A DNA stretch of 64,000 bases. It comes from Syntrophales bacterium. Lineage in GTDB: Bacteria > Desulfobacterota > Syntrophia > Syntrophales > UBA2210. Position 1 is the first letter of the stretch, and every line of letters begins with the position of its first letter. The position numbers and the translations under genes are program-made. The DNA is taken from positions 2,432,001 to 2,496,000 of the forward strand of contig CAXXKT010000001.1 of assembly GCA_963662405.2 (NCBI GenBank), given 5' to 3'. The notes beneath the pieces are model-generated. The model saw only the letters and a list, made by a program, of their open reading frames with translations, was not told where the DNA came from and ran no database searches. Shown here piece after piece: positions 17,305-27,870 of this stretch.

Positions 17305-18171
17305 ATGCCGATGGATATCTTGACCGGCGGCACCACACCCTGTGGTAAACAACCGATGATCATTATCCTTACCGATCTTGACGGGACCCTTTTGGATAGC
17401 GAAACCTACTCCTGCCACGCAGCCTCCGAGGCCCTGCAGGCGGTTGCCGATCTCCGAATTCCCCTTGTGATAATGAGCAGCAAGACGAGGAGTGAAATCG
17501 AATCGGTGCGCCGCGATCTGGGCAACCCTCATCCCTTTGCCTCGGAAAACGGAGGCGGCCTTTTTGTCCCGGAAGGATATTTTCCTTTCCCCACCCCGTA
17601 CACCCGCAGGGTGGAGGGATGCCTGGTCGTCGATATCGGCGTCTCCTATACGCGCCTGACGGTGTTTCTCGAGGGAATCGTCCGGGACCATTCACTCCCG
17701 GTCAGGGGGTTCCACTCGCTGTCGGTGGAAGCGGTTGCCCGCCTCGCCGGGCTTCCGCTTGAGTCGGCCGCACGGGCGAAGGATCGTGAGTACGACGAAC
17801 CCTTTCTGTTTGACGGAAATGAAGAGCAGTGGGGCCTGCTGGAGGAGATGACCGCGACGGAGGGCCTGACACTCACCCGCGGGGGACGGTTTCACCACCT
17901 GAGCGGCCCCCATGACAAGGGGACCGCCGCTCGCATGCTTGTCGAGTGGTATCGATGGTGGTATCCGGATGCCCTCATTGTCGGGCTGGGGGATGCCCCC
18001 AACGACCTGCCATTTCTGAAGGTGGTTGATTGCCCCGTTGTCGTTCAGCGACCCGGCGGGATCGTCGAGATGGGAGAGGATCTCCCGGGATTGTCGCACA
18101 CCAGCCGACCCGGTCCGGCGGGGTGGAACGAGGCCGTTCTCGAACTTATTCGCAAGGGCACATCAATCTAA
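17305..18171 (+). CDS. Mannosyl/glucosyl-3-phosphoglycerate phosphatase (HAD-IIB)
   Basis: TDLDGTLLD, SSKTRSE, ENGG, REYDEPF, GGRF and LGDAPNDLPFL motifs; start uncertain. Confidence 0.9.
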   Translation: MPMDILTGGTTPCGKQPMIIILTDLDGTLLDSETYSCHAASEALQAVADLRIPLVIMSSKTRSEIESVRRDLGNPHPFASENGGGLFVPEGYFPFPTPYTRRVEGCLVVDIGVSYTRLTVFLEGIVRDHSLPVRGFHSLSVEAVARLAGLPLESAARAKDREYDEPFLFDGNEEQWGLLEEMTATEGLTLTRGGRFHHLSGPHDKGTAARMLVEWYRWWYPDALIVGLGDAPNDLPFLKVVDCPVVVQRPGGIVEMGEDLPGLSHTSRPGPAGWNEAVLELIRKGTSI

Positions 18172-19397
18172 CGTCGGGCAGCCCGGGTTATATGATCCTT
18201 GAGCAGATACAAGCCCAGGAGATACGGTTTCTGAGACAGGAAGGCCCGTGACTGATTCTTGACCTCCTGCTCTGCGAAATCGACGCTGTATCGGAATGTC
18301 GTATAGTCAAAGGCGAGGCTGCGTGCAAAATACAGGGGTTTCAGGGCATCGATTATCTCCTTCCGTTGCCCTTCCGACGCGTCGTCAAAGAGGAAGAAGA
18401 GCCGGTAGACGATCTGCGACCAGAGCATGATGTCCATGTCATAGTGATCGATGGCAAACATGTTGCGGACCCTGTTGTAGGCATAGGTGCTCAAGTACTG
18501 CCTGAGCAGGTGCTGGTATTCGCCATACTCGCTTCGACACTGGTTCTTGAGAGCCATGACATCTATCGAGAGTACCTGCGGCTCCATCATCTTCTTGAGG
18601 CCGTACCGGGCGACCGGCCGTGTGTCGGGATAGGGATAGGACAAACCTTCGTGTGGCGTCTCCAGCCATGCCTTTCGATGCTTCAGGAGGAGTGAAAAAA
18701 GGGTATAGACCACCTCCTCAAACATCCTGCCGAGTTTGGGGGAGCTTGCGTTGTGGATCTTATTCCCGAGTCCCGACTGGCAGATCTTGAAGTCACCGAA
18801 GAGTGCGGTCAGCGACATGAAGATGTCGACGCCGTACTGCCTCGTCATTTCATTCCAGTCCTGATCGAGCCAGTATTGAGAGAGTCGCGAGGAGAAGGCG
18901 AAGTCTCCCCCGATCGGCTGTCTGACGTCAGCCCCCGCGAGTGAAAAGACGAGCGGGTAACAGAGGTGGTTGGTAATCGTACCGTCGAACTGGTGCCGCG
19001 AATAGAGGGGAGTGACGAGATCATGCCCCCGTTTGATAGGGTATCCGAGATATTTGATCCAGTCAGGTGTAATCGACCGGAGGTCCGCGTCGACGACGAT
19101 CATGATCCGTGAGTCCACATCTCTGCAAAATTCGAAAAGATTGAAAAAATTGTTCCCCTTTCCCGTGATCCCTTCCGGTGTGGTAATGTATCGCTTTTCG
19201 ATTTTCCCCGGCACCATTGTTGAGAGAAAGACATCTTTCGTTCCATCCATGCTGTTGTTGTCACAGTTGACGATGGCACACCTGGCGTCGGGGAAGTACT
19301 TGGCAAGGCCTTCTCCCGCCACCTTGGTCACGTAACCGATGGTCGCCGCTTCATTGTAAGAAGGGATCCCGACCACGACATCGAAGGTCTCACTCAT
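18168..19397 (-). CDS. GT2-like glycosyltransferase, glucosylglycerate/mannosylglycerate synthase-like
   Basis: VGIPSYNEA, GKGN, DADLRSITPDW, YSRHQFDGTITN and RQPIGGDF motifs. Confidence 0.8.
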   Translation of the reverse strand: MSETFDVVVGIPSYNEAATIGYVTKVAGEGLAKYFPDARCAIVNCDNNSMDGTKDVFLSTMVPGKIEKRYITTPEGITGKGNNFFNLFEFCRDVDSRIMIVVDADLRSITPDWIKYLGYPIKRGHDLVTPLYSRHQFDGTITNHLCYPLVFSLAGADVRQPIGGDFAFSSRLSQYWLDQDWNEMTRQYGVDIFMSLTALFGDFKICQSGLGNKIHNASSPKLGRMFEEVVYTLFSLLLKHRKAWLETPHEGLSYPYPDTRPVARYGLKKMMEPQVLSIDVMALKNQCRSEYGEYQHLLRQYLSTYAYNRVRNMFAIDHYDMDIMLWSQIVYRLFFLFDDASEGQRKEIIDALKPLYFARSLAFDYTTFRYSVDFAEQEVKNQSRAFLSQKPYLLGLYLLKDHITRAARR

Positions 19398-19422
19398 AGC
19401 GTTTCCCTGTCATTTCACCTTT

Positions 19423-20802
19423 CTACCGGGTCTTCGCGGTAAAGAAGGCGGTCTCTTTTTTGACGGCATCCTGTATATCGCTCAGGATATCAGGTTGTTT
19501 CATGATAATCCGCTCCCACGAAACGGTTTGCGGGATCTCGAATATCCGGGTCTTGCTGTGCTCTTCATAGGCGATAAGGTCGTCGATCAGACCGGCTCCC
19601 CTATACCTTTCAAACCGCTTATCACTGGCGAGGAGATGGAGGAGATTATCGCTGACGAGATGAAGGGGTGAGGTGATGGATTCACCGGCGGCCAGGATGG
19701 CATCTCGGAACACCCCTTTAACCATCGCCTCCTCCGCGTCCCGGTCGTAGTCGAGATTGGAAAATGAGGCATTGTCGGAGTATTTCTTGATCAGTTCATC
19801 GGCCATGTTCAGGTAGGTTGCCGTGATGTCACGGACGAAGTAATTGGATATCTCGAACCCCTCCTCGACGACCAGTGTCCAGAGCAGCGTGGTCACGATG
19901 TCCGTCGCCATCTTATAGAGCCCCGATTGCGGGTCAGCCTCCGAGAGGGGCTGATGCTTGTGCTCGAACGGCCCGGGGGAGAACTGGACCTGCGCAATGT
20001 TGTTCGCCTTCCGGTAGGCCTCAATCAGTGTGAAGAGCTCGACCCCCCAGTTGGTGGCGAAATGCATCCGCTTCAGGAGATTGATCTCAAAGGCCACCTC
20101 TCCGGAGAGCTGATAGTTGAATGCCGTCAGGTAATCGACGAGGTTGATGAATTTTTCATCCTCCGACTCCCTGAATTTGAGCTTGAGGGCCAGGAGAAAC
20201 GGATCGAGGAGGAGACGCTTTATCCTCCCGTACATCCGATTATCAGCGACTCTGATGTAGGATGCCTTGGAAAACTGGTAATTCAGGGCGACAACGGGGT
20301 AGAAGAGGCGATTGAGCTGGCGATAGTGAAAAGTCCTGATATCGGCGTCAATGACGCCGATATAGTTTGCCCCGATGGCCTGTGCCACACCGAAGGACAT
20401 GAACATGTTCCTGCCTTTTCCCGGTTGCCGGGAACCGGGGCTGAAACTGTCGATCTTTTTGTACAGTTCCTTGAATCGCTTCCCCTCGTTGTGCTGTATG
20501 ATGTGATTACGGATTCCCTGTTCCTTGAGGAGCAGGGCAAGCTCAATCGCCTCCTTGTCGGTAGCGGCGTCGAGCCCGAATATGATCTTCTTGAGATATG
20601 AAATCCTGCCGAGCTGTTTGAGGATATTGATAAAGACGGGGCGGTTCTCCTCCGCCGTGAATTCTGTTGCAAGGGTCGGAATAACCAGGACCGCCTTATA
20701 TCCCCGGAGGGCCGATCGTATCTTGGGGGCAAGGTTCTGGTTATCTTTGTCGAAGAGGTATAAGGTTGTGATGTTTCTGCATTTCTGAGAAAAATTAATC
20801 AT
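19423..20802 (-). CDS. Glucosyl-3-phosphoglycerate synthase-like glycosyltransferase
   Basis: PGKGRN, DADI, MYGRIKRL, YQLSGE, WGVE and EHKHQPLS motifs. Confidence 0.8.
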   Translation of the reverse strand: MINFSQKCRNITTLYLFDKDNQNLAPKIRSALRGYKAVLVIPTLATEFTAEENRPVFINILKQLGRISYLKKIIFGLDAATDKEAIELALLLKEQGIRNHIIQHNEGKRFKELYKKIDSFSPGSRQPGKGRNMFMSFGVAQAIGANYIGVIDADIRTFHYRQLNRLFYPVVALNYQFSKASYIRVADNRMYGRIKRLLLDPFLLALKLKFRESEDEKFINLVDYLTAFNYQLSGEVAFEINLLKRMHFATNWGVELFTLIEAYRKANNIAQVQFSPGPFEHKHQPLSEADPQSGLYKMATDIVTTLLWTLVVEEGFEISNYFVRDITATYLNMADELIKKYSDNASFSNLDYDRDAEEAMVKGVFRDAILAAGESITSPLHLVSDNLLHLLASDKRFERYRGAGLIDDLIAYEEHSKTRIFEIPQTVSWERIIMKQPDILSDIQDAVKKETAFFTAKTR

Positions 20803-21026
20803 ATCTTTTCCTCCTGAAATCAGAGTCTGCCATAAGATAAACGGTGAGAGAGAATGCCTGCTTCCGGACGGCAGCGTGGATTTACGGCGTGATGGTAAAA
20901 TCGGTGGCCATCACGATTTAAACAACAAACCTCTTCTTCAGGTAACAGATTTTCTTACAAAAAACAAGATTTCTTTCGTTCCTTCCGCGATCGTCCATGA
21001 GCCCGATGACGTGGAGGATAAAGGGG

Positions 21027-21055
21027 TTGACAGCCCCGCGAGATAAGAATATGTT
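21027..21055 (+). promoter_or_regulatory. sigma70-like promoter
   Basis: TTGACA-N17-TATGTT upstream of the acyl-CoA ligase gene. Confidence 0.6.
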
Positions 21056-21174
21056 TGCGCCTGCGTTGCGGAGTGCTTTCTGCCTGAGATGATCTTATAC
21101 CAGAAATACCATCCGATTTCTGATTAACAAAAACGAAATTTATGTTCGTAACGAACTGCTATGAGAGGAGAGAT

Positions 21175-23270
21175 ATGAAGACATTTTTTCAACCGGATTC
21201 GATTGCCGTTATCGGTGCCAGTGATCGCGAAAGAAGCCTGGGTGGCCAACTTATAACGAACCTCCTGTATGGATATAAAGGGGACATCTATCCGGTAAAC
21301 GCTAAATATGAGGAGATTCAGGGGGTCAGATGCTTTCCATCACTCGAGGCTATTCCCGGTCCCGTTGATGTGGCCATTATTATCGTTCCGGCCCCCGCCG
21401 TACCCGAAGTGCTGGAGTCCTGCGGTCGTAAAGGGATCGTGCGTGTCATGATTCAAAGTGCCGGTTTCTCCGAGGTCGGTGATGAAGGACGGGTGTTTCA
21501 AGAGCGATGCACGGCAATTGCGAAGCGGGAGGGTATCCGAGTCTGGGGTCCCAACTGCATGGGATTAGTTGATATTCCCCGGAAACATTGCTTTTCTATC
21601 ATGCATCCCCGTGTTTACGCCGACGGCCTGATCCCGGGAAGGATTTCACTGATCGTTCAGAGCGGGATGCTCTCGGCCGGGTTTCTGACGGATTTGATGA
21701 GCGAACGAGCCATCGGTGTGGGGAAGGCCTGTTCCATCGGCAACAAATCAGATGTGGATGAGTGCGACATACTCGAGTATCTCATCGGCGATCCCGAGAC
21801 CGATGCAATCGCCCTGTATCTGGAATCGATTCCTCGGGGGCGGCGGTTGATGGAGATCATCTCCCGGTCTTCCAAACCGATCGTTATCCTGAAGGGAGGG
21901 AAGAGTTCCGCCGGGGCACGGGCCGCGATCAGTCACACCTCCAGTCTGGCGGGAAATGCCCGGCTTCAGGATAGTGTTCTTGCCCTGGCCGGGGTGACGA
22001 TTGCGCACGATTTTCAGCAGATGATGGAAATGGCGCGGGCCTTGGCTATGATCCCCGATACCCCCTCTGATTGCCGTACCGCTATCCTGACCTTCAGCGG
22101 CGGTGCCGGAATCCTCTCCTGTGACCTCCTCGAAGAAGAGGGTCTGCAGATAGCCCGGTTCTCTCCTGAAACAGGCAAAGAGCTGGCCGGGATCTTCCCC
22201 GATTGGCTCCCCCCCGCGAATCCCGTCGATCTTTTCCCCACCTTCAGCATCCAAGGGCAGCAGGCGGCATTTGCCGACTCCTTCGCGGCGGTTGTCAAGG
22301 ATCCCCAGGTGGACGTCATATTCATGCACTATTTTGCCGGGCTCCATGGGAACTTTCAGGGGATGCGGGAGATGAAAGAGATCGCCGACAGGGAAGGGAA
22401 GGCGTTGCTCATGTGGGTTATCGGGCGACGTGAAGGGGTGCGAACGTTCCGGGAGGAGGCTCAGAAGTGCGGGATTCCCCTGCACAGTGAGTTGTCACGG
22501 GCCGTCGAATGTCTCGCGCCGCATCGCGATACCAACGTCGGGAACAGAGGCCTGTGCGCGAGACGGGGAACGCACAAGCGAGTTTCCCCGAGGTTTCAGA
22601 TCTCTTGCGGGAGGGTGACGGCGCGGAGATATGGGACGAATACGCGAGTAAACGCCTCCTTGAAAGATGCGGTATCCCCGTGGTGGAAGAGCGAATCGTT
22701 TCCACGGTCGCCGAGGTGGAAGGCGCCGCAGCCGATTTGGGCTTCCCGGTTGTCATGAAGGGTCTCATCCCCGGCCAGGTGCACAAGACCGAGTCTGGCC
22801 TCGTTCGTCTGGGTATCGCCACGCCGGAAGACCTCATGAACGCCTATGACGACCTGCAGCGCATTGTGGCGGCGGACCGCGGTCGTGTTGTGATCCAACG
22901 GCAGGTAAAGGCCGATTATGAACTAATTGCCGGTTTCCTGCGCGACGACCAATTTGGTCCTTGCATCATGTTCGGCCTGGGGGGTATCTTCTCGGAGATC
23001 GAACAGGATGTCGCCTTTGCCCTGGCTCCTCTCCACAGAGAGGATGCAATCGGCCTTGTCCGGCGAATCCGGGGCAGGAAGTTGTTCGGTGGGTTCCGGG
23101 GGATGAAACCGCTTCAGGAGGATCTGATGGCCGATATCCTCGTCAGGCTGGGTGATCTCGGTGCTTCCAGCGAGCGAATCGAACAGATCGATATCAACCC
23201 CCTCGTGGTGTCCCGTGGTATCCCCACGGCGGTTGACGCCACGACCGTTGTCGCAGAAGATAAAGGGTGA
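21175..23270 (+). CDS. Acyl-CoA synthetase (ADP-forming), CoA-binding plus ATP-grasp; split by a frameshift near 22516
   Basis: SIAVIGAS, GPNCMG and SHTSSLAG in ORF 21142-22758; GFPVVMKG, HKTESG and DINPL in ORF 22509-23270. Confidence 0.88.
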
Positions 23271-23373
23271 TACCCGTTTTCGGGAGGCGTCGTGATGAGA
23301 GGAGCCCGGTATGTCGATACAACCGGCATTCGGGACCAGTAAGACGGTACGGGGCCCTTATCGGAGGAGATTC

Positions 23374-24603
23374 ATGCCGGTGAAAATCTTTTATGGATGG
23401 TGGATTGTCGCCGCCTGCTTTTTCATAGCCTTCTATGTGAGCAGTGTGATCTTTTACGGTTTTACCGTTTTCTTCGAACCGCTCGTCAGGGAGTTCGGGT
23501 GGAGCTACACTCAGGTCTCCTTTGCGTCGAGCCTTCGGGGTCTCGAAATGGGGATACTTGCCCCGTTGATCGGTATGCTTGTCGATCGATTCGGCTCCCG
23601 AAAACTGCTCCTCGCCGGAACCGTCACCGTGGGGATCGGGTTACTCCTGATGAGCACCACGAAATCACTCCTCATGTTTTACGTTGCCATGGTGCTTATT
23701 GCCTTTGGGGGTGGGGGGTGCACCAGTGTGGTCACCATGACCGCCATCGCGCAGTGGTTCAAAAAGAATATCGGCAAGGCCCTTGGCATCATGTCGGCGG
23801 GATTTGGGGCCAGCGGGTTGATGCTTCCTCTGATCGTCTGGCTTGTCGATGCGTACGGCTGGAGGACGGCCCTCGTCATCCTGGGGGTGGGCATGTGGAT
23901 CGTCGGCATTCCGCTGACGCTTGTCGTCAGGGATTCACCGGAACCGTACGGATATCTTCCGGATGGCGTGTCATCCGATGATACGTCTCTTCCCCCCACT
24001 CCCCGGGAACGATCACGGGTACGGATATGGGATGCCTTGAGAGAGAAGACTCTCATGTATCTCAATCTGGCGGAAGGATTGCGGTTTATGGTCCTTGCCT
24101 CGGTCGTCATCCACATTATGCCTCACCTGAGCACTCTGGGCATCCCACGTCCGACTGCCGGCGTGATCGCCGCGGCGATTCCGCTGGTCAGTATCGCCGG
24201 ACGCTTCGCCTTTGGATGGCTGGGGGATTTGTTCGATAAGCGGTATGTCATGTCGCTGGCCTTCTCCTTCATGGCAGTCGGGGTTGTTTCCCTGAACTAT
24301 ATAGATGCTCTGCTGGGACTTACTCTTTTCTTCCTCTTGTTTCCGGCCGGATTCGGTGGCCTCTCCGTCCTGCGCGGTACGGTCCTTCGGGAGTATTATG
24401 ACGCGTACACCTTCGGCACGAGGATGGGCATCATGATGGGATTCGCCGCCGTGGGCGGGATCATCGGTCCCACACTGACCGGCTGGGCCTTTGATATGTT
24501 CGGAAATTACAGGCTCGTGTGGTTCTGCTTTTCCGCTTTTCTCCTGCTGCCGGTTGTATTAGTGCTGAACATCCGGACGCACGTCTCCGTGGGCGGAGAG
24601 TGA
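23374..24603 (+). CDS. MFS transporter (OFA/MCT-like)
   Basis: FYGWWIV start, GMLVDRFGSRK motif A, about 12 TM segments. Confidence 0.9.
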   Translation: MPVKIFYGWWIVAACFFIAFYVSSVIFYGFTVFFEPLVREFGWSYTQVSFASSLRGLEMGILAPLIGMLVDRFGSRKLLLAGTVTVGIGLLLMSTTKSLLMFYVAMVLIAFGGGGCTSVVTMTAIAQWFKKNIGKALGIMSAGFGASGLMLPLIVWLVDAYGWRTALVILGVGMWIVGIPLTLVVRDSPEPYGYLPDGVSSDDTSLPPTPRERSRVRIWDALREKTLMYLNLAEGLRFMVLASVVIHIMPHLSTLGIPRPTAGVIAAAIPLVSIAGRFAFGWLGDLFDKRYVMSLAFSFMAVGVVSLNYIDALLGLTLFFLLFPAGFGGLSVLRGTVLREYYDAYTFGTRMGIMMGFAAVGGIIGPTLTGWAFDMFGNYRLVWFCFSAFLLLPVVLVLNIRTHVSVGGE

Positions 24604-24719
24604 TGTCCTGCGGGCATGAGGTTTCGCCTGCCCTTCCCGATCCGATATTCAGGATGTTGAGACAATCCTTTGGTGCGAGATAGAGCTGTACATGCTGGTG
24701 AAGACTATGTGCCGCTCGG

Positions 24720-24870
24720 CGCTGGGAAAAGATTTCTTGCAGCCCAAAACCGATACCGACGGACACGGCAGAAACCAAGAGGGTGGCCTTTGCAAGGTCC
24801 AGGCCGAGCCCGAAGAGTATGACAGGAGAAACGGCAAGGATAACGAGCCATTTCGACAACATATTGAAGC
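24720..24870 (-). pseudogene. Fragment of an MscS-family mechanosensitive channel
   Basis: LGLDLAKATLLVSAVSVGIGFGLQEIFS matches MscS TM2-TM3; flanking sequence is not MscS-like. Confidence 0.6.
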
Positions 24871-25042
24871 TATGCCAAGAACCCCTTAAATTCAAGAACA
24901 AGTTGTTTTCCGGGGGGGCTTTGGGGCTCGGCCTGAATATCGCGCTTTTTGTGTGAAGACGAAGTATTTGATTCGTTAGTTGACACACCGGGGAGGTTGC
25001 CATACAATTCATCGCTGACTATGAGAGGCGTGAGAGTGTTCC

Positions 25043-25504
25043 ATGCGTCTGGATGTGTTGTATCCGGGGCGAAGGCGCTCTACCGGTGTCGATATCGTTG
25101 TCTATGACGACGACGGGACGGGAGGTCTTCCCGGGACGGAACTCTTCAGAAAGACCTTGACCTCCGTTCCGACGGGGTGGACCACCACGACGATCACGGG
25201 AGTGACCGTAACGAGCGGTGATTTCTATATCGCTGTGGAAAAGGATGACGCGAGTCAGTCGATCTATATCGACGATGACAGCAATCCCACGGGGAGAAGC
25301 TACTGGCACAACGGTTCCGCATGGGTGGTTTCCTCGTATACTGCGGCGATACGTGCCGAGGTAGTGAATGACGCAACCTTCGACCGGACTAACAATATTG
25401 TCGGCCTGACCCTGGCAAGCCCCGCCACGGGGGTGGCACTGCGACGACCGATGACAACGGCAATTACAGCCAGGAAGTTTCTGAAGGCTGGAGCGGAACG
25501 GTGA
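25043..25504 (+). CDS. Hypothetical beta-rich extracellular-type domain, probably a gene fragment
   Basis: VYDDDGTGGLPGTEL...GDFYIA...GRSYW; no signal peptide or clear RBS. Confidence 0.4.
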   Translation: MRLDVLYPGRRRSTGVDIVVYDDDGTGGLPGTELFRKTLTSVPTGWTTTTITGVTVTSGDFYIAVEKDDASQSIYIDDDSNPTGRSYWHNGSAWVVSSYTAAIRAEVVNDATFDRTNNIVGLTLASPATGVALRRPMTTAITARKFLKAGAER

Positions 25505-25630
25505 CGCCCTCCATGGAGGGGTATGAGTTCTGGCCTGCCCCCCGGAACTACGATAATGTTACAGAGCCGGTTACTGGTCAGAACTTTGTCGGGTTTTAAG
25601 TTCTGCCCGGGATCGTAGATCGTTCATCGT

Positions 25631-26791
25631 ATGATTTTCCACATAGACATGGATGCCTTTTACGCGTCGGTCGAGGTGCTGGATAACCCGGACCTCAGGG
25701 GCCGGTGCGTCATCGTGGGGGGACAGTCCGGGCGGGGAGTCGTCTCCGCCGCGAGCTACGAGGCGCGGCGGTTCGGGGTCCACTCCGCCATGCCGATGTT
25801 TCAGGCACGGAAACGATGCCCCGATGCGGTCTTCCTGTCTCCCCGGATTGCACGTTACCGCGAGGTCTCGGCCCGGATCATGGCCATCCTCCGTGCCTTT
25901 TCCCCCCTCGTCGAACCGATCTCCATTGACGAGGCCTTTGTCGATGTCACCGGCTGCGAGCGGCTTTTCGGCGGGGTCGACAAGATCGCCCGCCGCATCA
26001 AAGAGATGATCAGGGACGAGGTGGGCTTGACCTGCTCCCTGGGGGGTGCGCCGAACAAGTTCATGGCGAAGATAGCGTCCGATATGTATAAGCCGGACGG
26101 GCTGACCATTATTCCCCCGGATGCCGTCGACCGGTTCATCACATCGCTTCCCATCGAAAAGATTCCCGGTGTCGGGACCGCCACCCATGAGAAGCTCAGA
26201 CTCATGGGGGTGAAGACACTCGGTGACATCAGACGGTATCCCGAGGACACCCTGGTCAGGAAATTCGGAAAATTCGGTCATCGCCTTGCCGATTTTGCCC
26301 GTGGCATCGATCGATCGCCCGTGATCCCGGACGATGAGGTAAAATCGATCAGTGCCGAGGAGACGCTCCCCGCGGATACCGACGATCGGGATCTGATCGG
26401 GCGGTACATCCTGGGGCAGGCCGAGCGGGTCGCGCGGGAACTGCGAAAGGCGGGGGTCGGGGGACGGACCATCACGGTCAAGCTCAAGGACGCGGATTTC
26501 CGGCTGGTCACCCGGAGCGTGACGATCAGAGAGACCATCCAGTCCGCTGATATCATTATCAGAGAGGCCTTTCATCTCCTCGACCAGTACCAGATGACGA
26601 AGAAGATCAGGCTGATCGGCGTCGGTGTCTCCACCCTTGCGCCCCTCACGGAACCGGTCCAGATGGATCTCTTTCAACAGGATGATCGAAGGAAATCCCG
26701 GCGGCGGAAGCTGGATCAGGCGATCGACGAGATCACCGATCGATTCGGCGGGGGCGCCATCAAACGGGCCAGCCTCACGGAGCGAAAGTAG
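25631..26791 (+). CDS. dinB: DNA polymerase IV
   Basis: HIDMDAFYASVE, SYEARRFGV, SIDEAF and AKIASDMYKPDG motifs. Confidence 0.96.
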   Translation: MIFHIDMDAFYASVEVLDNPDLRGRCVIVGGQSGRGVVSAASYEARRFGVHSAMPMFQARKRCPDAVFLSPRIARYREVSARIMAILRAFSPLVEPISIDEAFVDVTGCERLFGGVDKIARRIKEMIRDEVGLTCSLGGAPNKFMAKIASDMYKPDGLTIIPPDAVDRFITSLPIEKIPGVGTATHEKLRLMGVKTLGDIRRYPEDTLVRKFGKFGHRLADFARGIDRSPVIPDDEVKSISAEETLPADTDDRDLIGRYILGQAERVARELRKAGVGGRTITVKLKDADFRLVTRSVTIRETIQSADIIIREAFHLLDQYQMTKKIRLIGVGVSTLAPLTEPVQMDLFQQDDRRKSRRRKLDQAIDEITDRFGGGAIKRASLTERK

Positions 26792-26893
26792 GCGCGGCCG
26801 CATTTCTCTGAAACGAACACCCCCGTGTGGTATAATTTCCCTATCCGGAAGCACAGATACGAGGAGGACCGTCACGAATTCAGGAGTTTTCCC

Positions 26894-27811
26894 ATGAATC
26901 GCAGAGACTTTCTCAAAAAGGCGTGTTTCGCCGGGATCGGCCTGTCGATTCCCGGTACCCTTCATTCCCTTGTTGGCAGTCTGTATGCGTCCGAATACGC
27001 CGATATCGGCGTCGCCCGTGCGATACATCCCGGAGAAAGAACGGCCGTCGCCGTCACGAAGGCTGCCATCGATGCGATCGGGGGAATCGAGCGATTTATA
27101 TCGAGGGGGGATATCGTCGTCAAACCGAATATCGGATGGGACGGAACGCCCGAACTGGCCTCGAACACGAATCTGGAGGTCGTGGGCAGCGTGGTGCAAC
27201 TCTGTTACGACGCGGGTGCCGGGAAGGTCAAGGTTTTTGACAATCCCTGCGTTGATCCTCGAAGAAGTTACAAACAGAGCGGTATCGCTGACGCCGCTTC
27301 GGCGGTCGGGGGGGAGGTCAGCTTCATGGACGAACGGAAATTCAAGAATGTGGCGATCGGTGGTCGTTTCCTGAAAAAATGGCGACTGTATACCGATGTC
27401 CTTGAGGCCGGCAAGGTCATCAATATCCCCATCGCAAAGGTCCACGGCTCCGCCACCCTAACCCTGGGGATGAAAAACTGGATGGGGATCATGGGGGGAT
27501 CCCGGTGGATGGTTCACCAGGATCTGGATCAGGGCATCGCCGATATCTCACGGTTCATGAAACCCGTGCTGGTCGTGCTGGATGCCATCCGAATCCTGAC
27601 GGCCCACGGGCCACAGGGCGGTGATCCCCGATATGTCAGAACGATGAACACGGTCATTGCGGGGACCGATCAGGTGGCCGTTGATGCCTATGGGGCGGAG
27701 GCGCTTTTCCATCTGAAGGGGAGCACGCTGTCGTATGTGCGCATCGGCCATGCGACCGGTCTCGGGACGATGGACCTGTCGCGGTTGGCTATCAGAGAGG
27801 TCGCTGTATGA
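26894..27811 (+). CDS. DUF362-domain protein with Tat signal
   Basis: MNRRDFLKK; VVKPNIGWD; PIAKVH...LGMKNWMG. Confidence 0.85.
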   Translation: MNRRDFLKKACFAGIGLSIPGTLHSLVGSLYASEYADIGVARAIHPGERTAVAVTKAAIDAIGGIERFISRGDIVVKPNIGWDGTPELASNTNLEVVGSVVQLCYDAGAGKVKVFDNPCVDPRRSYKQSGIADAASAVGGEVSFMDERKFKNVAIGGRFLKKWRLYTDVLEAGKVINIPIAKVHGSATLTLGMKNWMGIMGGSRWMVHQDLDQGIADISRFMKPVLVVLDAIRILTAHGPQGGDPRYVRTMNTVIAGTDQVAVDAYGAEALFHLKGSTLSYVRIGHATGLGTMDLSRLAIREVAV

Positions 27812-27870
27812 TCGGTATCATTCTCTATCCTGCACCCACGACCCCGTGACGCGGGTCCTCATCGGGGGGT

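Noticed and set aside
22510..22520. Programmed ribosomal frameshift in the acyl-CoA ligase
   Set aside because: No slippery heptamer; similar one-base losses recur across the window, so sequencing error is more likely
25571..27445. 624-aa minus-strand ORF (and similar long ORFs at 4457-5713, 33012-34163, 40203-41321)
   Set aside because: Antisense shadows of well-supported genes in GC-rich DNA, with no recognisable motifs
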